DNA from: the human T2T-CHM13v2.0 reference genome, Homo sapiens
DNA length: 64,000 nucleotides
Strand: one strand, 5' to 3'
Assembly (NCBI RefSeq): GCF_009914755.1
Contig: NC_060935.1
Shown here: in pieces, positions 59,021-64,000 of the stretch
Numbering within the stretch: position 1 is the stretch's first letter
Layout of the letters: every line of letters begins with the position of its first letter
The notes under the pieces: model-generated
Told to the model about the DNA's origin: nothing
What the model saw: the letters and a program-made list of their open reading frames with translations, nothing else
The model's database searches: none
Position numbers and translations under genes: made by a program

Positions 59021-59627
59021 CTGCCATTGGAGCCAAGGCTTGTTCCCTTTCCTCTCTCAGGCCTCACACTGGTCTATCCCTGTGAAGGAATGCATCACCA
59101 GACTGCTCCATCTGGACCGTCCAACTGGCAAACATGGTGCGTGTCAGGCAGGCACGGGACAGCTGAGCTCTGCTGCTGAGCACACTCCTATGGGACCTTC
59201 TGTGGGATTCAGCTGGGCGGCATGGCACAGACTAGTGGAGGACATGGGTACTCTTATCTTGGAGGAAAGAATCTCCATCTCTTCTCTTATCAACTCAACC
59301 CCAATATACTTTGAACCTTAGATCCGATTGCTGCTCCAGTGTGCCCCCTTTGGACAGCCTTGGCGAAGACGGCTCTTGTTTGATTTTCTCTCTTCCTTCA
59401 ACTTCTGAATTTCTTATTTCTCCCCACCACCCCAGCCTCTTTTTTTCTCCTACAAAATATAAGCAGTCGGACTTCATTGGAGTGTAAAAGGATCATTAGT
59501 TATGTAAGTACAGTTTAGGGAATAAGATTTGTTAGTTAACTTCTGCTTTTCCTGAGTGGTTTGGTGATGGAACTTTCAGCATTTTTCAAAAGCTTCAGGA
59601 AAAGGTGCATAAATCACAGCGTGCAAA

Positions 59628-59650
59628 TGTGTGTGTGTGTGTGTGTGTGT
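59628..59650. repeat. (TG)n microsatellite
   Basis: Seen directly. Confidence 0.95.
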
Positions 59651-60287
59651 ACATAGTTTAATAGAGATAAAGGTTATTTTATTATTTTCTAGATTAGACA
59701 ACCCCCAGCATGTCTCCTGTGACACTTTAACCTTAAAGCCAGCACGGACATTTCTGTAGGCAAAAGTTAAAAAGTCAGCACACTTCTCTCTCACATCTGG
59801 ACACACAGTCCATTTCATTTTATGGGAAAATGAGGTATTATTTAGAAAAAAATAAGTTTTTCTGTGACTTATCTATAACTTTTGAAGTGACCATTAATGT
59901 TAAATAAGGTAACTGTTTTCTTTAATCATAAATCACTTGAAGAAATTTTAACCAATTAGATTTTCTCTCGAAAAAAAATTGGAGAAGGTAGAGGAGAGGT
60001 AGATAGATACGGTGATATTCTGACTAACGTGGCTTAAGTTCCATTTAGGTAGACTTTCTCACACTTCTCTGAAATAAAGTAACCTTAGGGAAAGAAGAAC
60101 AATGTAAGACTCAGAGTGTTGAGGCTATGAACGAACACATAATGCTTCAGGCATTTGAAATATCTGAGTATGTTGGGTTTGAAATTCCAAGTCCTAACTC
60201 AAAGGTTTTGTACTAGAGATTTTTACCCTAAAACTACTACTCGTACACCAGGAATGACAAAATACAGCCAGGCTTTTTTTCCCCTCC

Positions 60288-60470
60288 ATTTTATTGTAAT
60301 ATAATACATATTCAGAAAATATTCCTGCCACAAATATACAGCCAATGGAATGTTTACAAACGGAACCCATGTGCATTCAGTACCCAGCTCAAGAAACAAA
60401 CCATTGCCCATACCTGGAAGCCCCTTCATTATCCTGTTTATTTTCTTCCTCTCTCCACTCACACTATGCT
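60288..60470 (-). mobile_element. Old L1ME-like 3' end fragment
   Basis: TTTTATTGTAATATAATACATA...ACCCAGCTCAAGAAACAAACCATTGCC...GAAGCCCC. Confidence 0.6.
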
Positions 60471-60999
60471 GAGATCAGCCTCTTAAACAAGATCAGCTGG
60501 GCCTCCACACCTTTATGTACCTTGAGATAAACAACAGAAATGGCAGCAGAGGAAGCAAGGAAAAGACATCATACATTCCCTCTTGAGCCTGGCTGTGTGG
60601 ACAGACTCTCCAGTGGACAATGTAACGTGTGAGAGCAGCTCTCTGGGGCTTCTGACCCAATGGGCTGAGCAGGTGTGTTCCTCGTGGAATTTTGAGGTGA
60701 AATCAGCCTATAGAGCTCTGCACTTTGGAGGTAACTTGCTATTTTCCACCTTTCAACTGGGATTAGACAAACGTTTAAAATGGTAACCATAAACACACAA
60801 GGTCATTCTCAGCTGTTGAATCCGTAATTGGGGTTGGGGGGTGGGGTTGTTTTTCCTGAAATCTTTCCTTAGGACTTTCCCACTCATCTTCTCTGTTCTC
60901 TGAGCTCCTCTGTCTTAATATATGATATTTCTCTAACACTATGGATAATTTTCTCTTTGGGTATTATTTCAGCTGCAGACTTTAAAATGCCTAGCATTT

Positions 61000-61355
<356 letters not shown>

Positions 61356-62559
61356 CTATGCTCCATGCTGTCCACAAGACAGAGAGGGAGTTAGTTACAT
61401 TGGCTATGTCTTTTGACTAATAGAAATAAGTTTCACTTTATGATTTTCACACACAGCAATCCATATGCATGAATAATATGTTCAAAACATTTCTCAGTCA
61501 GAGGTGGAATTAATAAAAAGTGCTGTGGTTAGAAAAAGGTTAGTGATTTTGATCAGTGAAGAAGTTCCCCCAAATTCTTTCTCCCCTACACTAGGACAAT
61601 CCATCAGAAACACGGCAACACTGCAGTACGAGTAAGGTATGCCTATTCTGACCCAACAAAAACATGAAGGAATAACCTATTTTGTACCTTTCACAAACTA
61701 GAGCAAAAAGTTATTCTTCAGTAAATACTGGCTTTGAAGTTGGCACAAATTTAAGACTAATTCAAGAACTAATACAGCCACGTACTAGACAAACTTGTCA
61801 AGTCATCCAGGACCTAAGAGTCTCATTTTTATCCTCATAGATGTGTGTGTGGCCTTCTCTACAAGCATGAGGACCAATAGAGATCTGATAGTCCCTTGTC
61901 ATGGTGAAGTGTTGTACAAAAATAAATTACCATGGCTCTCTCCACATTGCCTGGGGCCCAAGAGAAGGACACACTTTTGGTTCATTGTTTTGCCTTAAGA
62001 GATCTGTTGGATTACTACACAGGGAGATGGAGGAATGTCTTGCTAGAATTATAAGCGACTTTTAAATTAAAAGATCATCACCAACCTATCAACTGTATGA
62101 CCGGCACTCTGCCCTGTTTTTTCAGGACAATGTTGATCTGCCGATCCTTATGACAGCTGGCAATTTGATGGCTGGAGGCTGGTGTGAGGATGTTTTCTGT
62201 GGTAGTGGAAAAAAAAAAAACACAACTAACTGGCCCACAAAGAGAGAAAATCCTAAAGTGTGATTTCACAATTTAAAAACTAACTGAATTACGCAGACAT
62301 TCTGGAATGCATGCCTCATTTCTATGGGACGTGCAAGGATCTCGCTTGCTCTGAATGTCTAATTTTGTAACTACATTAGTAGAATATATATTGCAATGAT
62401 TTTTTTTATAGTGAAGGAAAACAAACATGGTTATCTACAAGCAAACACAGAACTCTGTCTCTGTAAAACCTGAATCTATCATCTTGAAATCTGTCACTCC
62501 TTAATCTTCATTTGATGTGAGCTACATGTAGATTGTTTAGCATCGTCGTTACTTGCACC

Positions 62560-62785
62560 TGGTTTGTAATCAGACATCCTGACTCTTCCATTTTCTCACC
62601 TTGGGATCTTAGGACTGTGAAATCACTCCCTATGTATACCAGTTTCTTCCTCCATATAATGTGTGCAATTATTCCTGCCTCATTGTGCTCTTGTGAGGAT
62701 TAGATGAAATAATATATCTTAAGCACTTAGAACAGTGTTTAGCACATCCTAGGCACGCATTGAACTGAAGCTTTTATTATTATTC
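62560..62785 (+). mobile_element. MIR SINE remnant
   Basis: CAGTTTCTTCCTCCATATAATG...TTGTGAGGATTAGATGAAATAAT...AAGCACTTAGAACAGTG. Confidence 0.75.
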
Positions 62786-63159
62786 ATATTGTGTTCACTT
62801 ATGGAGACATACAGGAGTCAATCAATTCATTTTCATTTTCCAGCACTAACATTTCTTCTGCTTTTCTGGCAACACTGCCATCACAGATGTGCTCCTTATA
62901 TACTAAATTGTGGGGGGGTGGCGGGGGCAGATTCCATGTGATCCAAATTATTTTGTGCCATTAAAGCACTTATGCTCTAAATGATGGGCAATCAAATCTC
63001 ATGCTTCAGAGACTAGGTTGATCATTAAAGAGTCTCCATTCTTTCTAAATGTGGGTGCTTCACAGCAGATGGTGCTGTCAGTGATATAGTGTCCTTCCTA
63101 CAATGAGTGAGGATGGCTTAATAGTGCCTTACCTTTGCAAAGCAATTTCCATGTCAGTA

Positions 63160-63355
63160 AAGAATGTGTGCTCTGAAGTCAAATTGCGTAGGTTAGAATT
63201 CCAGCTCCTTCATTTACTTGTTGTGTAACCTTGAGTAAGTTATTAAATCTCTATTCTCAGCTTCCCAGTAGTGAAATGGAAATAGTAACAGTTCTTACCC
63301 TAACATACTGTTGTGAGTTTTCAATGAGATAATGAGATGATGCCTATCAAGCTTT
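63160..63355 (+). mobile_element. MIR SINE remnant
   Basis: GCTCTGAAGTCAAA...TGTGTAACCTTGAGTAAGTTATTAAATCTCT...GTTGTGAG. Confidence 0.75.
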
Positions 63356-63407
63356 CAGCCTTGGCTGGTATTATAGCTTTACTACTAATTTTATTGTCAG
63401 TTATAAT

Positions 63408-63627
63408 ACTATTTATACATGTGTATATATATATGTGTGTGTATATATATGTATATATATAGTGTATATATATGTATATATAGTGTATATATATGTATAT
63501 ATATAGTGTATATATATGTATATATATAGTGTATATATGTATATATATGTGTATATATGTATATGTGTATATATATGTATATATGTGTGTATATATATAT
63601 GTGTATATATATGTGTATATATATATT
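63408..63627. repeat. Compound (TA)n/(TG)n microsatellite, about 220 bp
   Basis: Seen directly. Confidence 0.95.
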
Positions 63628-64000
63628 TGCCCTATTCATGGCATAAAAGACTACTGGAGTCTGATATTTTACATCAAAAGAGGATAATAACCCCATTGTC
63701 ATTTCTAAGCAAACTTTAGCACGATCCCCACTTTAATCTTAAACTATCACAAAATTTGAAGAAAACAGTGAAGCTCTGTGATACCAGCAGAGCTCCATTC
63801 CATAACATGATGAAGCTTTCATGTGTTTATTAAGTGATAAGTCATAGCTACAGGCTATGGAATGTTGTCCTTGCTTCTAGTCCCTCTCAGCAGAGAGAAC
63901 AAGGAAATATCTGTGGGCATACTGACTCACGTATGTATATAGACACAGATCTGCAACCATCTGTACCTCTACCGAGCTTGACATGAGTTCATAGAGATGT

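Overview
Primate (almost certainly human or great-ape) AT-rich intergenic DNA dominated by interspersed repeats: Alu, L1, L2, MIR, MaLR/ERVL LTRs, and hAT and Tigger DNA transposons. I see no spliced protein-coding exons. The only clearly gene-derived sequence is a young, full-length processed pseudogene of DNAJB6 isoform b on the minus strand (about 5487-7072). It keeps its 5'UTR, intronless CDS, 3'UTR, AATAAA, poly(A) tail and target-site duplication, and is disabled by one nonsense codon (S190*) at about the start of the C-terminal domain. The other findings are molecular fossils: an LTR-internal-LTR ancient MLT1 provirus, a microhomology-bounded in-frame deletion of an L1 zinc knuckle, an inversion inside an old L1, a young L1 without a TSD, a dispersed ~180-bp duplication, templated micro-duplications, and satellites born inside transposons. 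I found no convincing previously undescribed biological system. Repeat subfamily names are recalled from consensus sequences, and boundaries of old repeats are approximate.
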